This document shows positions 32,694-42,685 of a stretch of DNA of 64,000 bases, piece by piece. Numbering within the stretch: the stretch's first letter is position 1; every line of letters begins with the position of its first letter. The position numbers and the translations under genes are program-made. The DNA comes from Calditrichaceae bacterium (lineage in GTDB: Bacteria > Calditrichota > Calditrichia > Calditrichales > JBFXGD01), in assembly GCA_050173015.1 (NCBI GenBank), contig JBFXLE010000015.1, forward strand, positions 1 to 64,000. The letters are read 5' to 3'. The notes under the pieces are model-generated. The model worked only from the letters and a program-made list of their open reading frames with translations, searched no databases and was not told the origin of the DNA.

Positions 32694-33635
32694 ATGAAAA
32701 AAGAATATACTTTAGGGAAAGCAACCCGTCAGGCCTATGGGGAATCCCTTGTTGAACTTGGAAAAACAAATAAGAATATCGTAGTCCTTGACGCTGATTT
32801 GTCAAAATCAACCTATTCAAACCGGTTTCAGGACGCGTTTCCGGACAGATTTTTCAACATAGGCATTGCTGAGGCAAACATGGTCTCGATCGCGGCGGGA
32901 TTCGCTGCAGGAGAAAAAATTCCGTTCGCCAGCAGTTTTGCCACATTTTTGATGAGTAAAGGGTTTGACCAGCTGCGTCAATCCGTTGCCTATCCCAATT
33001 TTAACGTAAAAATATGCGGATCACACTCCGGTATCAGTATCGGTGAAGACGGTCCGTCACAGATGGGTATAGAAGATATCGCGCTTGCCTGCGCGTTACC
33101 TGGTTTCACCGTTGTCATCCCTGCTGATGAGATTGCCGTCAAACAGCTTATGCCGCAAATCTTAAATCATAAGGGCCCGGTTTATATAAGAACCGGCCGG
33201 CCAAAGTCTGCTGTAGTGTATAATGATCATTCAGAACTCAAACTGGGGAAAGCAAATTTACTCCGGGATGGCAGTGATATTACAATCGCGGCCATGGGTT
33301 TGATGGTCGTTGAAGCGTTAAAGGCAGCGGATGAACTGGAGGATTTGGGTATTTCAGCGCGTGTTGTAGATTTTCATACCGTAAAACCCATTGACAGAGA
33401 GATGATTGCAAGCTGCGCGCGGGAAACCAAAGCGATCTTATGTGTCGAGGAACATCTGCTTGACGGCGGACTCGGAAGCATCGTATCACGGGTTGTTGCT
33501 GAAACCACCCCGGTTAAAATGGGATTCATCGGTTTGGAAACATACGCTGAATCCGGCACTCCGGATGAGCTTCTGGACCGTTATGGTCTGAGAGCGGTAA
33601 ATATTATCGATAAAGCCAAAGAATTACTTAAATAA
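32694..33635 (+). CDS. Transketolase, C-terminal subunit
   Basis: DADLSKST, GIAEANM, GEDGPSQ, VEEH. Confidence 0.95.
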   Translation: MKKEYTLGKATRQAYGESLVELGKTNKNIVVLDADLSKSTYSNRFQDAFPDRFFNIGIAEANMVSIAAGFAAGEKIPFASSFATFLMSKGFDQLRQSVAYPNFNVKICGSHSGISIGEDGPSQMGIEDIALACALPGFTVVIPADEIAVKQLMPQILNHKGPVYIRTGRPKSAVVYNDHSELKLGKANLLRDGSDITIAAMGLMVVEALKAADELEDLGISARVVDFHTVKPIDREMIASCARETKAILCVEEHLLDGGLGSIVSRVVAETTPVKMGFIGLETYAESGTPDELLDRYGLRAVNIIDKAKELLK

Positions 33636-33667
33636 AAAAAAGACTGCCTGCGGGCAGTCTTTTTTTT
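33634..33667. terminator. Bidirectional terminator between the transketolase genes and the cytochrome operon
   Basis: A-run, GACTGCC tgcg GGCAGTC stem, T-run. Confidence 0.9.
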
Positions 33668-33677
33668 TCTACCGATA

Positions 33678-34127
33678 TTAAATTCCGTGACAATTTGTTC
33701 CTGTATCCCCGCATGAGCTTGATGGTCTCGCAAGCGAATTCTCACCGCTATGGCATTTATTGCACGTGGTAACCGATTCATTTAGAACACCTTTAACAAA
33801 CTGGCCATGAAAAACAGGACCCGCGAGTGTCCAGCCGCTCGGATGAGGATAACTCGCTCTCGGGTAATCTTTATGACAATCCACACAGAATGTTCCCGCT
33901 TCCGCAGACAGGATATTTTCTCCGTGACATGATTTACAGGAAACCGCCCCTGCTTCAGCCACTTTATTCGAATGGAAAACTTCGGCCTTGATTACGGCAT
34001 TATCTCTAATCGTTACTTCGCTCCAGCCATCAGGGTGCGTAACACTGACAACCGGTGAAGTATCTTCCGAACAGGCCATAAGTCCGAGAACAAATAAAAA
34101 CATGACTAAGTATCCAAAAACTTTCAT
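33678..34127 (-). CDS. Small multiheme cytochrome c lipoprotein (3 CxxCH plus one CX6CH)
   Basis: Lipobox LMAC; CKSCH, CVDCH, CNKCH, CGDTGTNCH. Confidence 0.85.
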   Translation of the reverse strand: MKVFGYLVMFLFVLGLMACSEDTSPVVSVTHPDGWSEVTIRDNAVIKAEVFHSNKVAEAGAVSCKSCHGENILSAEAGTFCVDCHKDYPRASYPHPSGWTLAGPVFHGQFVKGVLNESVTTCNKCHSGENSLARPSSSCGDTGTNCHGI

Positions 34128-34171
34128 CTCACTATTCCTTCATTAATAATTATTATGATTTGCTTTATCAA

Positions 34172-36949
34172 CTAAATTTTATACCCAAACAAGACCGAAT
34201 AAATGATTAATAGAATCAGGATAATTCCTATGGAAAGGAACGTAAATCCCAACACATTAATAAACCGTTCCCTGCGTTTCGATATGTACTCTTTTACGAC
34301 GATCTTCTTTAACGCGCCGCTCTTTTTAAGTTCAGCATAATCTTCGGGACGATCCTTCATATATTCCTCAACGGGCACAAGTCCCGTAAAAATAACCTTA
34401 TCCATCGGGAAGGCTTCGGGTCTAAGGTGTGTGTTAAAAAAATGAATGGTAAAAATAAACCCTACCGCCAGCAACGCCTCATCACTATGAATAATCGTGG
34501 CCACATTAATCAGCCAGCCCGGGAAAAATTTTGTAAAAAATTCGGGGAACCATAGCATCAAACCCGATAAGCCGATCACCGCCACCCCCCAAAAAACAGC
34601 AAAATAGTCAAATTTTTCCCAGTATGTCCATTTACCATAATCCGGTCTTTCTCCCTTCCCCAGAAACCATTTGACTGTTCGCCAAAAATCGACGGCGTCT
34701 TTTTTGTTGAACATCATGGAATCACGCCCGAATATAAAATCTTTCCAGGGGGTTTTACGGCTCATCTTTCTTTTAAATAACTGATAAAGATGACTTGTAA
34801 AATAACCCGCCGTCAATATTGCCGCGAATCGATGAATCCATCCTGCCGCCTCTACACCGCCGATCATTTTCGCCAGGTATCCGGCCCAGGGCATTCCCGA
34901 AAACTTTAGCATCATACCGGTCAGCGCTAACAGGATAAAACTGATAATTACAAATATATGCGTGAGTCTTTGTGAAAATTCAAAGCGCCGTATGTAATAT
35001 CTTGTCTGCGGCTCTTTTTGCTTTTTCTTTCTCTCTCTCAAATGGCGAAACGAACGGGGAAGCCACAGAAGCGTATGTATTCCAAAAAATCCGAAAACAC
35101 TCACAAGCAGGATTGTCATTGCCCAGTAGGTGTAATAAAGGATTGGATATTTTACCGGGTCATGATGCGTGGCATGGGTCAGATATCCGGTAAAGCGCTG
35201 ATTAGCGTCATCATGACATTTTTGACAGGTCGAAACAATATGATGCATCCCGACACTGGAATTCGGATCGTTAATACCAAAAATAAGATGAGAATTATGA
35301 CAGTCGGAACATTTAGCCGATTTAAGATAACCAAGCTGATAAGTTTTTCCATGCATGGTCTGCAAATAAGTTTCGGAAAGTTCTCTATGGCAGGTTCCGC
35401 ATTGATCCGTCACCTCGGTCATAAACTGATCTTTCTCCACCTCGGTGATCTTGTGTGAAGAATGACACTGTGTGCATGTCGGGAGCTTTTCCATTTCCCT
35501 CTCATCCACTGAAAAATGAATGCTCTTTGTGTAATCCTTATAGATCCCTCTATGACAGGTGGCGCAAGTCGCCGGAATATTTTTGGGGTGGACCGATGAA
35601 CGGGTATCCTCGTGATTAAGCTCCATATGCGCGGTATGACAATCCGTGCAAACCGCGCTCGGCAAAAGTCCCTTTTCGGTAAGGCCCCTGCCGTGAACGC
35701 TTTTTGAGTAATCGAATAACGCGTTCGTCTCAGATAAATGTCTGGTCTCTTCCAGACTACTGTCTGAACGATGGCATCCCCCGCACAATTTCGGGATCGC
35801 CGCCCTGTAAGTATTGGATGTTTCATCCAGTGATGATTTTGTATCATGATATCCATGGCAGGCAATACAGTATGGCACATGCCCGTTTCCCTGCTTATAA
35901 CCTTTCCCGTGCCCGCTGGCCGCGTATTCTTCGCCTATTTTAATATGGCAGCTTGAACAATCCACGGGACCGACTGTTTTACAGGGGCGTTCCAATTGCG
36001 GATTAACATCAGAATGGCATTTTACGCAGGTCACTTCATTGTGAACCGATTCAGAGATAGTAGTCTTAGAGACCTGCAGGCTGACAATTTCACCATCTTT
36101 GAGTTTATGGATATTTTGATTGTCATGGCATTTAAGACACGATCTGTCAGATACTTTTAAGGTTAATGATTCCTTGCGCGCTTTATGAGGTAGATGGCAA
36201 TCGGTGCAGGCCGGGATTGATCCCGGATCGCTGCTCCATTTTTCACCTTCAATTACTTTTACATGAACATCCTCGATACGGCTGTGACATTTCATGCAGG
36301 TGGACGCTATATTCCTTGGCGAAATTGAGGATTTGGTATTGGTATGAGGCAGAATAAAGTGACTTCTATGACAATCGGCGCACGCGGCGCTGACGATCAA
36401 TCCTTTTTTAAATAAACCTTCTCCGTGAATACTCAAGCTGTAGTTTTCGAGAATATTATGTTCTGTGATATTATAAACACGGGCCACCGGGGCGCCTTCC
36501 CGGTGACATTTACCGCAAAGAAAAGGAATGTTCATTTTATAAGACGGAGATTTTGGATTCTCCGGTGAGAGGATATCATGTTTTCCATGACATTCACTGC
36601 AATTCGGAGCATAGATTTCTTTTTGTTTTAGCGCCAGGCCGTGAATCCCCGAATCGAATTCAAGCTGAATATCATCATGACAATCACCACAATGGACAGG
36701 ATTTAGCCGTTCCGGATGCGGAAACTCTTCCACATCCGCGTCGGGATGACAACTTGCACACTCCACTCCTTTATGCACAGAATTTTTAAGATCAGAAGGA
36801 TTGATATAAAGGGAAACCATCCTGTTTCCGCGCTGAACAGTTAGCTCGGGATCAGAATGACATTCAAGGCAGGTTTCGTCATCGACAGCATATAGATTAC
36901 TGCCGGCTAACAGCATTAATAATGTCAGCCAGATTTTCATCATATTCAT
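34172..36949 (-). CDS. CbcL-like fusion: 19-heme cytochrome c domain plus membrane cytochrome b domain
   Basis: Signal peptide; 19 CxxCH counted; C-terminal TM domain with [32 protein letters not shown]; exact start uncertain (36940-36970). Confidence 0.9.
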   Translation of the reverse strand: MNMMKIWLTLLMLLAGSNLYAVDDETCLECHSDPELTVQRGNRMVSLYINPSDLKNSVHKGVECASCHPDADVEEFPHPERLNPVHCGDCHDDIQLEFDSGIHGLALKQKEIYAPNCSECHGKHDILSPENPKSPSYKMNIPFLCGKCHREGAPVARVYNITEHNILENYSLSIHGEGLFKKGLIVSAACADCHRSHFILPHTNTKSSISPRNIASTCMKCHSRIEDVHVKVIEGEKWSSDPGSIPACTDCHLPHKARKESLTLKVSDRSCLKCHDNQNIHKLKDGEIVSLQVSKTTISESVHNEVTCVKCHSDVNPQLERPCKTVGPVDCSSCHIKIGEEYAASGHGKGYKQGNGHVPYCIACHGYHDTKSSLDETSNTYRAAIPKLCGGCHRSDSSLEETRHLSETNALFDYSKSVHGRGLTEKGLLPSAVCTDCHTAHMELNHEDTRSSVHPKNIPATCATCHRGIYKDYTKSIHFSVDEREMEKLPTCTQCHSSHKITEVEKDQFMTEVTDQCGTCHRELSETYLQTMHGKTYQLGYLKSAKCSDCHNSHLIFGINDPNSSVGMHHIVSTCQKCHDDANQRFTGYLTHATHHDPVKYPILYYTYWAMTILLVSVFGFFGIHTLLWLPRSFRHLRERKKKQKEPQTRYYIRRFEFSQRLTHIFVIISFILLALTGMMLKFSGMPWAGYLAKMIGGVEAAGWIHRFAAILTAGYFTSHLYQLFKRKMSRKTPWKDFIFGRDSMMFNKKDAVDFWRTVKWFLGKGERPDYGKWTYWEKFDYFAVFWGVAVIGLSGLMLWFPEFFTKFFPGWLINVATIIHSDEALLAVGFIFTIHFFNTHLRPEAFPMDKVIFTGLVPVEEYMKDRPEDYAELKKSGALKKIVVKEYISKRRERFINVLGFTFLSIGIILILLIIYSVLFGYKI

Positions 36950-37080
36950 CCATAGTACTCTGGAACACAATTGCTACATTTATAAAAATCCGGTTGCCGG
37001 TCCAAAAAATTTCCCTTCTCCGAAGACAGAAAATTCAAATGCCATTTTGGAATTGGAGCGGCAACCGGTTAATAAATACC

Positions 37081-39003
37081 CTAAATTTTGGGTTGATGTG
37101 AATTGTCTTTTTGCTCCATCAGCTTTTCATACTCAAGCGGATGATGATGTTTCATTTCATCCAAAGTAATTTTCCCATCCATCCAGGTGGTACTCATCGG
37201 ATATTTTTCAGGATGAAGAATAACAAAAAACCAGTGCCAGATTACGATCGCCAGAGTAGCCAGCCATGCTTCGTAATAATGAATCACCTCCGATGTTTCA
37301 AATAACCAGGTTGGGAGAAAACCGATAAAAAATTCAGGGAACCACAACACCAGACCGCTTGCCCCCATCACAATCACACCCCATATCAAAGCAAGATATT
37401 CCGCTTTCTCGGCATAATCGAATCGACCAAAGCGAGGTCGCTCCTTGCTCAATCCCAGATAAAAAGAAATATTTTTCCATAATCCGATCACATCATCCAG
37501 TGTCGGCATTAATTCTATTAATTCTCTTCGTCCTTTCTGAGTAAACAGAAGATATCCCAGTTGAACCACTGAGATTGTACCCATAACAACCGCCGCGACT
37601 CTGTGGGTTACGGATCGTATGGCCTCTGTCATACCGAGTGAAACAAGTAGTTTTACCCAGCCCGCTTCCGGAAATTTCAGCGCGAAGCCTGTAATCGCCA
37701 GCAAGGTGAAACTAAGAAACATCAACATGTGCTGATAAACTTCGAACGACTGAAATCTCGGCACTCGCTCAGCATACTTATCAGCTTTTCTTTTTTCACG
37801 GATATGATGCACAAGGATGATCAGATTGTGGATAAACATTCCGCCGATCACAACAACAATCATCCATATATATAAGTTTTTAAAAAAGAAGGCGATAGGA
37901 TTTCTGACCTGCTGATTTATCGGATGCACATCAATTTTAACAAAACTTTCCGAAATATTCGCGTGACATTTGCCGCATGTTTCCTGCAGATGCGCGGGAT
38001 GAACACTCGCCAGACTATCCGATTTTGATTTGATCGCGTGTGTTTCATGGCAGCTTGTACAGGTTGCCGCTTCAGGAGATCCCTTTAGCGCGGCCAATCC
38101 GTGATAACTTTTCATATAGGAATCAAGTCGCTCAGCATCCAATCCAAACCTCGACATGAGTGTTGGAGAAGAATGACAGCTGGCGCATAGTTTCGTGGAC
38201 TGAAGAAGACCGCTGGTCGTCGCGTTTTTATCTGATGCCATCTTTATATCGTGTTCACCGTGACAGTCTGTACAAACCGGTGATTCTCCATGCCCACGCT
38301 GCAATGAATTCCAATGAATACTGTCATGATATTCATCTTTTTCACTTTCATGACAAGTACCGCATGTCTCCGGTATGTTCAGGGCGTTCAAATGTGATTC
38401 AGGATTGATGGCCGGTAAGATCGCATGATAATCATGACAATCCGTACAGGTTGCCACCTCTGCCTCGGGATCTTCGGTAATCATTTTCCCGTGAACACTT
38501 TCAAGATAACTTGCAACCGGATTCACGTTTCTTCTGCCGAACAGACGAATAACTTCCGGCTTGGCGTGACAAGACGCGCATGTATAGGCCAGGTTTCCAT
38601 GATGGACTTTCGACTCCGTCTCATCAGAACTCAGAATATCATGAACCCCATGACAATCCGTACATTTTGCGGCTGCCTCCGAACCCTTTGCCAACGCCTG
38701 TCCGTGAATGCTCCGGTTGTATTCTTCCTGGGCATCCTCATGACATGTGGCACAATTCACAGGGGTAAGAATCTCTTCATGAGGCAATTCTTCGATACCC
38801 TGATGACAATCGATACACTCAAATCCACCGTGAATGGAATTCTCGAAATTTTCCGCATGTACAAAAACAGAAACTTCCGTAGTGTCATTAATCATCCTTG
38901 TCAGATCCGGATCGCTGTGGCATTCCATACAATCTTCGTTGGACTGTCCAAAAGCAAACACCGCGGCTGCGAATAGCAATAATAATACTCGTTTCAAAAG
39001 CAT
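37081..39003 (-). CDS. CbcL-like fusion: 11-heme cytochrome c domain plus membrane cytochrome b domain
   Basis: GAGGA RBS before MLLKRV; 11 CxxCH; EVYQH, THR, EKAEYLALIWG, IHYYEA, IWH. Confidence 0.9.
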   Translation of the reverse strand: MLLKRVLLLLFAAAVFAFGQSNEDCMECHSDPDLTRMINDTTEVSVFVHAENFENSIHGGFECIDCHQGIEELPHEEILTPVNCATCHEDAQEEYNRSIHGQALAKGSEAAAKCTDCHGVHDILSSDETESKVHHGNLAYTCASCHAKPEVIRLFGRRNVNPVASYLESVHGKMITEDPEAEVATCTDCHDYHAILPAINPESHLNALNIPETCGTCHESEKDEYHDSIHWNSLQRGHGESPVCTDCHGEHDIKMASDKNATTSGLLQSTKLCASCHSSPTLMSRFGLDAERLDSYMKSYHGLAALKGSPEAATCTSCHETHAIKSKSDSLASVHPAHLQETCGKCHANISESFVKIDVHPINQQVRNPIAFFFKNLYIWMIVVVIGGMFIHNLIILVHHIREKRKADKYAERVPRFQSFEVYQHMLMFLSFTLLAITGFALKFPEAGWVKLLVSLGMTEAIRSVTHRVAAVVMGTISVVQLGYLLFTQKGRRELIELMPTLDDVIGLWKNISFYLGLSKERPRFGRFDYAEKAEYLALIWGVIVMGASGLVLWFPEFFIGFLPTWLFETSEVIHYYEAWLATLAIVIWHWFFVILHPEKYPMSTTWMDGKITLDEMKHHHPLEYEKLMEQKDNSHQPKI

Positions 39004-39013
39004 TAATTCCTCA

Positions 39014-39901
39014 CTACTTTCCATGACAGGTGACACAAACTATATCCGTATAAGCATCATTGTGACAACTCATACAATTATCAAAATCAGACCGCCCGGC
39101 TCTCGCGTGCCTGCCACCGTTACCCGGTACCGTGTTTGACCAGTTTGCAAAAGCATGATTTTGAGGCATGACTCTCTCGGCCTGATGGCAGTCGATACAG
39201 AATGAGAATTCTTCGTGACAGGTTAAGCAATTCTCTTTATTTCCTTTAGCCTGCATTCCGTGAGTCTGCCTGAAATTAAGCGGATGTACCTCGCGATTCA
39301 AATTATCACCTTCATGACATGTAGTGCAATAATTATTCTGATGACAGTGATTGCAGGAAGTCGTCTGTGACATCATACCATGATCTTTTTTCCAGTTAAG
39401 CCGGTGAGTCTCCGGTACAAATTTCATTTCCGATTCATGACAGGTTAGACATGCCTGCTTATTCTCACTGTAGTCCTGATTTTCATGGCAATTCGCGCAG
39501 ACCTGACTATCAGGTATATGCAGGGTACCGACCTTTTCTTTTTTATCAATCCCCTGGTGGCAGGTCTGACAGTTTACTTTACCTGAGACATGTGTCTTGT
39601 GTGGAAATTTGCTCCCATAATCCACAACACGCTGAGCAATACCCGGTTCATCCGGATTCGTGTGGCACATTGCGCATTCTACTTCATCCGGACTATGGCA
39701 ACTGTTGCAGGTCTCCATTGCCGGAAGCAAATTATCCGCCTGCGAAAGACTGCTATTCGCGTTGGCATGACAATCTGTGCAGGCCGCGCCGACATCTTCC
39801 GCATGTAATTGATGCGAGAAAATAATCTGATCCGGAGCCTGCGCATTGGCAAAACCGGTCAGACAGAACAATACTATGGTTATAAATGATAAGCCTTTCA
39901 T
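39014..39901 (-). CDS. Periplasmic 12-heme cytochrome c (c3/c7-like repeats)
   Basis: Signal peptide ending ANA; 12 CxxCH; FSH..H and FPH..H motifs. Confidence 0.92.
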   Translation of the reverse strand: MKGLSFITIVLFCLTGFANAQAPDQIIFSHQLHAEDVGAACTDCHANANSSLSQADNLLPAMETCNSCHSPDEVECAMCHTNPDEPGIAQRVVDYGSKFPHKTHVSGKVNCQTCHQGIDKKEKVGTLHIPDSQVCANCHENQDYSENKQACLTCHESEMKFVPETHRLNWKKDHGMMSQTTSCNHCHQNNYCTTCHEGDNLNREVHPLNFRQTHGMQAKGNKENCLTCHEEFSFCIDCHQAERVMPQNHAFANWSNTVPGNGGRHARAGRSDFDNCMSCHNDAYTDIVCVTCHGK

Positions 39902-39914
39902 ACGACAGCACCTT

Positions 39915-41111
39915 TTACCAAATGAAATGAATATGGTTTAATATACGTTGATCCGAGTCTTTCTCCCGGTTTGTCAGCCACTGATATTCCAGATCAGCGC
40001 TCCAGTTCTTTGAGAAACTATATGACGCTCTGACCGCGTTTGCCAGCTGATCTTCGTAATCATATACTTCTTCATAACGGTATTGTGAATAGTCCACACT
40101 GAGAGAAGCCAGAAGCTTTGGTGTGACCTGGTATCCATAATCAACCGTTACGCCTGTTTGATCACCCAGATCACCGGTTTCAAAAATAAATCCCAGCGTT
40201 CCATTGGAATTATTCAGCGTCAGCAGTACCCGCTGCGCGTCTCCGTCTTCCAATTGAAGAAACTGATATTCCGCGCCAAGATAGTATTCGTCTGTCAGCG
40301 CATAGGAACCGTTAAACGCGCTTAAAGTATAGGATTCCACGTCAAAGATACGGAAATAGGAATCGCCGTAAATTTGCGGATGCTGCTGCTTAAAGTATAG
40401 ATTCGCGCTAAATTTATCAGACATCCGGTATCTTCCCGACACATAGAAACGATGCAAACGGTCATTTACCAGATCATAATGAGTCTGCAACATAATTTTC
40501 AGGTTGTTAACTGATGAGTTGTATAAATTCAGCCCGGCGATTTGCCACTGCGTTTCCCCGGAATGCGTTTTTTGAAGATATACGCCCTGAATGTCCGTGT
40601 CATAAAAATTTTTATATTTCAGAGCCGTCCCGTAAACAGCCGCGTCGTCGGATTCGTAGATCTCAAAAGCTTTGTTAAAGTGAGATTCGACACCGCCATA
40701 TAACTGCCATTCCACGTTCCTGATCGGACGGAAAATCATATTCAGACCATCAATACTCCCCAGAACCAATCCGGGATGCAGAAATTGCCTTCCTAATTCG
40801 AAGTCCATCAGATTATTAAACAATCCCTTGCCGGAGATGGACATACGGTAAGCGTTAAATCTTCTTTCATCCGCAAGATCTTCATCAAGATCGGTGAGAA
40901 TCCGGCCTGACATATTAAATCTGAGATCCCCCCACTCCTTCAGCCCGGCCTGAAAACGGACAGTCTGATACAAACGGGTATGTGATGTGGTATCTTCGTA
41001 TGAATATACTGTATTCGAAATACGTCCGTTTGTCTGAATACCCTGGGCAAAAAGATTCAATGCAAGAAAACCCAGTACCATAATGCTAGTTAAAACAATT
41101 TTCGTTTTCAT
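39915..41111 (-). CDS. Putative outer-membrane beta-barrel (porin of a porin-cytochrome complex)
   Basis: Signal peptide; alternating amphipathic strands rich in Y/F; C-terminal aromatic (HIHFIW); flanked by multiheme cytochromes. Confidence 0.8.
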   Translation of the reverse strand: MKTKIVLTSIMVLGFLALNLFAQGIQTNGRISNTVYSYEDTTSHTRLYQTVRFQAGLKEWGDLRFNMSGRILTDLDEDLADERRFNAYRMSISGKGLFNNLMDFELGRQFLHPGLVLGSIDGLNMIFRPIRNVEWQLYGGVESHFNKAFEIYESDDAAVYGTALKYKNFYDTDIQGVYLQKTHSGETQWQIAGLNLYNSSVNNLKIMLQTHYDLVNDRLHRFYVSGRYRMSDKFSANLYFKQQHPQIYGDSYFRIFDVESYTLSAFNGSYALTDEYYLGAEYQFLQLEDGDAQRVLLTLNNSNGTLGFIFETGDLGDQTGVTVDYGYQVTPKLLASLSVDYSQYRYEEVYDYEDQLANAVRASYSFSKNWSADLEYQWLTNREKDSDQRILNHIHFIW

Positions 41112-41133
41112 AACTCTACTCTTATGATTAGGT

Positions 41134-41166
41134 AAAAAGAGGCGGATTCAAAATAAAATCCGCCTC
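41134..41166 (-). terminator. Terminator-like hairpin inside the cytochrome operon
   Basis: GAGGCGGATT...AATCCGCCTC stem plus A5. Confidence 0.65.
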
Positions 41167-41182
41167 CGGATTGGCTTAACAC

Positions 41183-42574
41183 TTATCTTTTTTGAACGAC
41201 AACATTTTGATTTGCCGCTTTTTCCTGGTCTAAAAATTGCTGGAGACTTGGATCGCTCACACCAATTGTCAGAGAATCTTCACGCAGGAAATATTTATCG
41301 CTGTTTCCAAGGAAAGTTCCAACGTTATGACAGGTTCCTCTACCGCAGGATACGCCGCCGGTTGTGTCTGTCATAACCGTCCAACGCCTTATATTATGGG
41401 GCGTGGCGTATTTCCAGGTCGGTTCCGCGGTAAAATTAGCAAGCGAAATACTGCCACCCCAATTGTCATAGGTGTCCGGAACAATCGGAATATGTCTGAC
41501 CGGAGCGAAATCGTATGGGCGGGTGGCGCTTTTAAGATAATTTTTACCAATTTTAAAGGTGAGATAAGATGACCCGGTGATGCCGGCACCGTCAACATGA
41601 CAGCCATTGCAATTCTTGTAGGCTTGAGAATGGCAGGTCTGGCATGATAATTTTGATCCATTTCCAGACCAATGCTGATTGTGATAAGCATTTGAAGTAG
41701 CTACGTCAGCATGACAGTCTTCGCACTTGGCGGTGATCGGTGAATCTTCAATATAACGATAATCATACTGATTACCGTCGCCGTGCATTTCGTGGCCGTC
41801 GTGACATAACATACAATCATATCCTTTGGCGGAATGGACATCCATGTAGATTCCTTTATCACTGTGAGCCCCGGTATATTCTTCCCCAACACGTGAGCCG
41901 TGACACGCGGTACAATTGCTTGTCTGATTTGGCGTTCTTCTGAATGCATGTCCTGATACCAGACCACCATTGACCGAGCGCGGTTTACTGATGTGGCATT
42001 CGCCGCAGGTGGCGTGACATTTCGCGCAGTCTTTCGTAAAACCCGCGACCATCGCGTCATCAGTTCTGAGATCCATTCCACCCGATCGCACTTCAAATCT
42101 CTGGTGATAGCCTTCCTGAGTGAGATGCAAACTTGTTTCAAAATTTGACACTTGCTGCGAATGGCAGGGACCACAATAGGTCTCAGCATCTGTTAAAGAC
42201 GGATATGGCACTAAATTATTGTGCGCGTCCGTTTTGGTAAATTCTTCAGGATTACCTTTATGGCAAGCGGTACACCCTAGATTCCCGTGTGTGGAAGTAA
42301 GAAATTCGGTTTTTACAAAAACACGTTCCCATGCCTCAACCTGAGGCACTGTGCCGCCTCAGCCCTCGCCGGATTCACCGCCGGTATCGGGAAGAGGATC
42401 GGCAACCTTGATAAGTAAATCTTTGTCTGTATGACAGCTGACACAACTGGTTTCATCCACAGAAGCGAATTTCTTCGTTTCTACCGGATATTTTTCTTCA
42501 CATGCTGTCATCCATGTGACCGCGAAAACGAAGAGGACAAGAAGAACAATTTTTCTAAACATGACCTTATCCAT
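41183..42574 (-). CDS. Selenocysteine-containing multiheme cytochrome c lipoprotein (463 aa; Sec72 at UGA 42359-42361; 10 CxxCH plus one CX4CH)
   Basis: ORFs 42359..42574 and 41183..42349 share a frame and are joined by TGA GGC GGC ACA (GEG-U-GGTVPQ). The upstream part has the signal/lipobox MTAC and CVSCH; the downstream part has 9 CxxCH but no signal peptide. A SECIS-like hairpin follows the UGA. Confidence 0.85.
42331..42349 (-). promoter_or_regulatory. Bacterial SECIS-like stem-loop
   Basis: mRNA G-UGCCUCA-GGU-UGAGGCA-U: 7 Watson-Crick pairs plus G-U; G-first loop begins 18 nt after the UGA. Confidence 0.8.
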
Positions 42575-42611
42575 TTTTTGTGTTTATATAAATAGTTAGT
42601 TTAATCATAGC

Positions 42612-42647
42612 AAAAAACAAACCAGGCTCATCACCTGAGCCCGGTTT
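42612..42647 (-). terminator. Terminator-like hairpin after the rhodanese gene
   Basis: AAACC.GGCTCA...TGAGCC.GGTTT with a downstream U-rich tract. Confidence 0.6.
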
Positions 42648-42685
42648 ATACAACATTTATAATTAAGAAAGATCAAACACCCATC

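Noticed and set aside
41183-42349. Stand-alone 388-aa cytochrome starting at GTG, or a nonsense-mutated pseudogene
   Set aside because: No signal peptide or RBS; both halves are intact and a SECIS-like hairpin sits at the expected distance, which favours Sec readthrough
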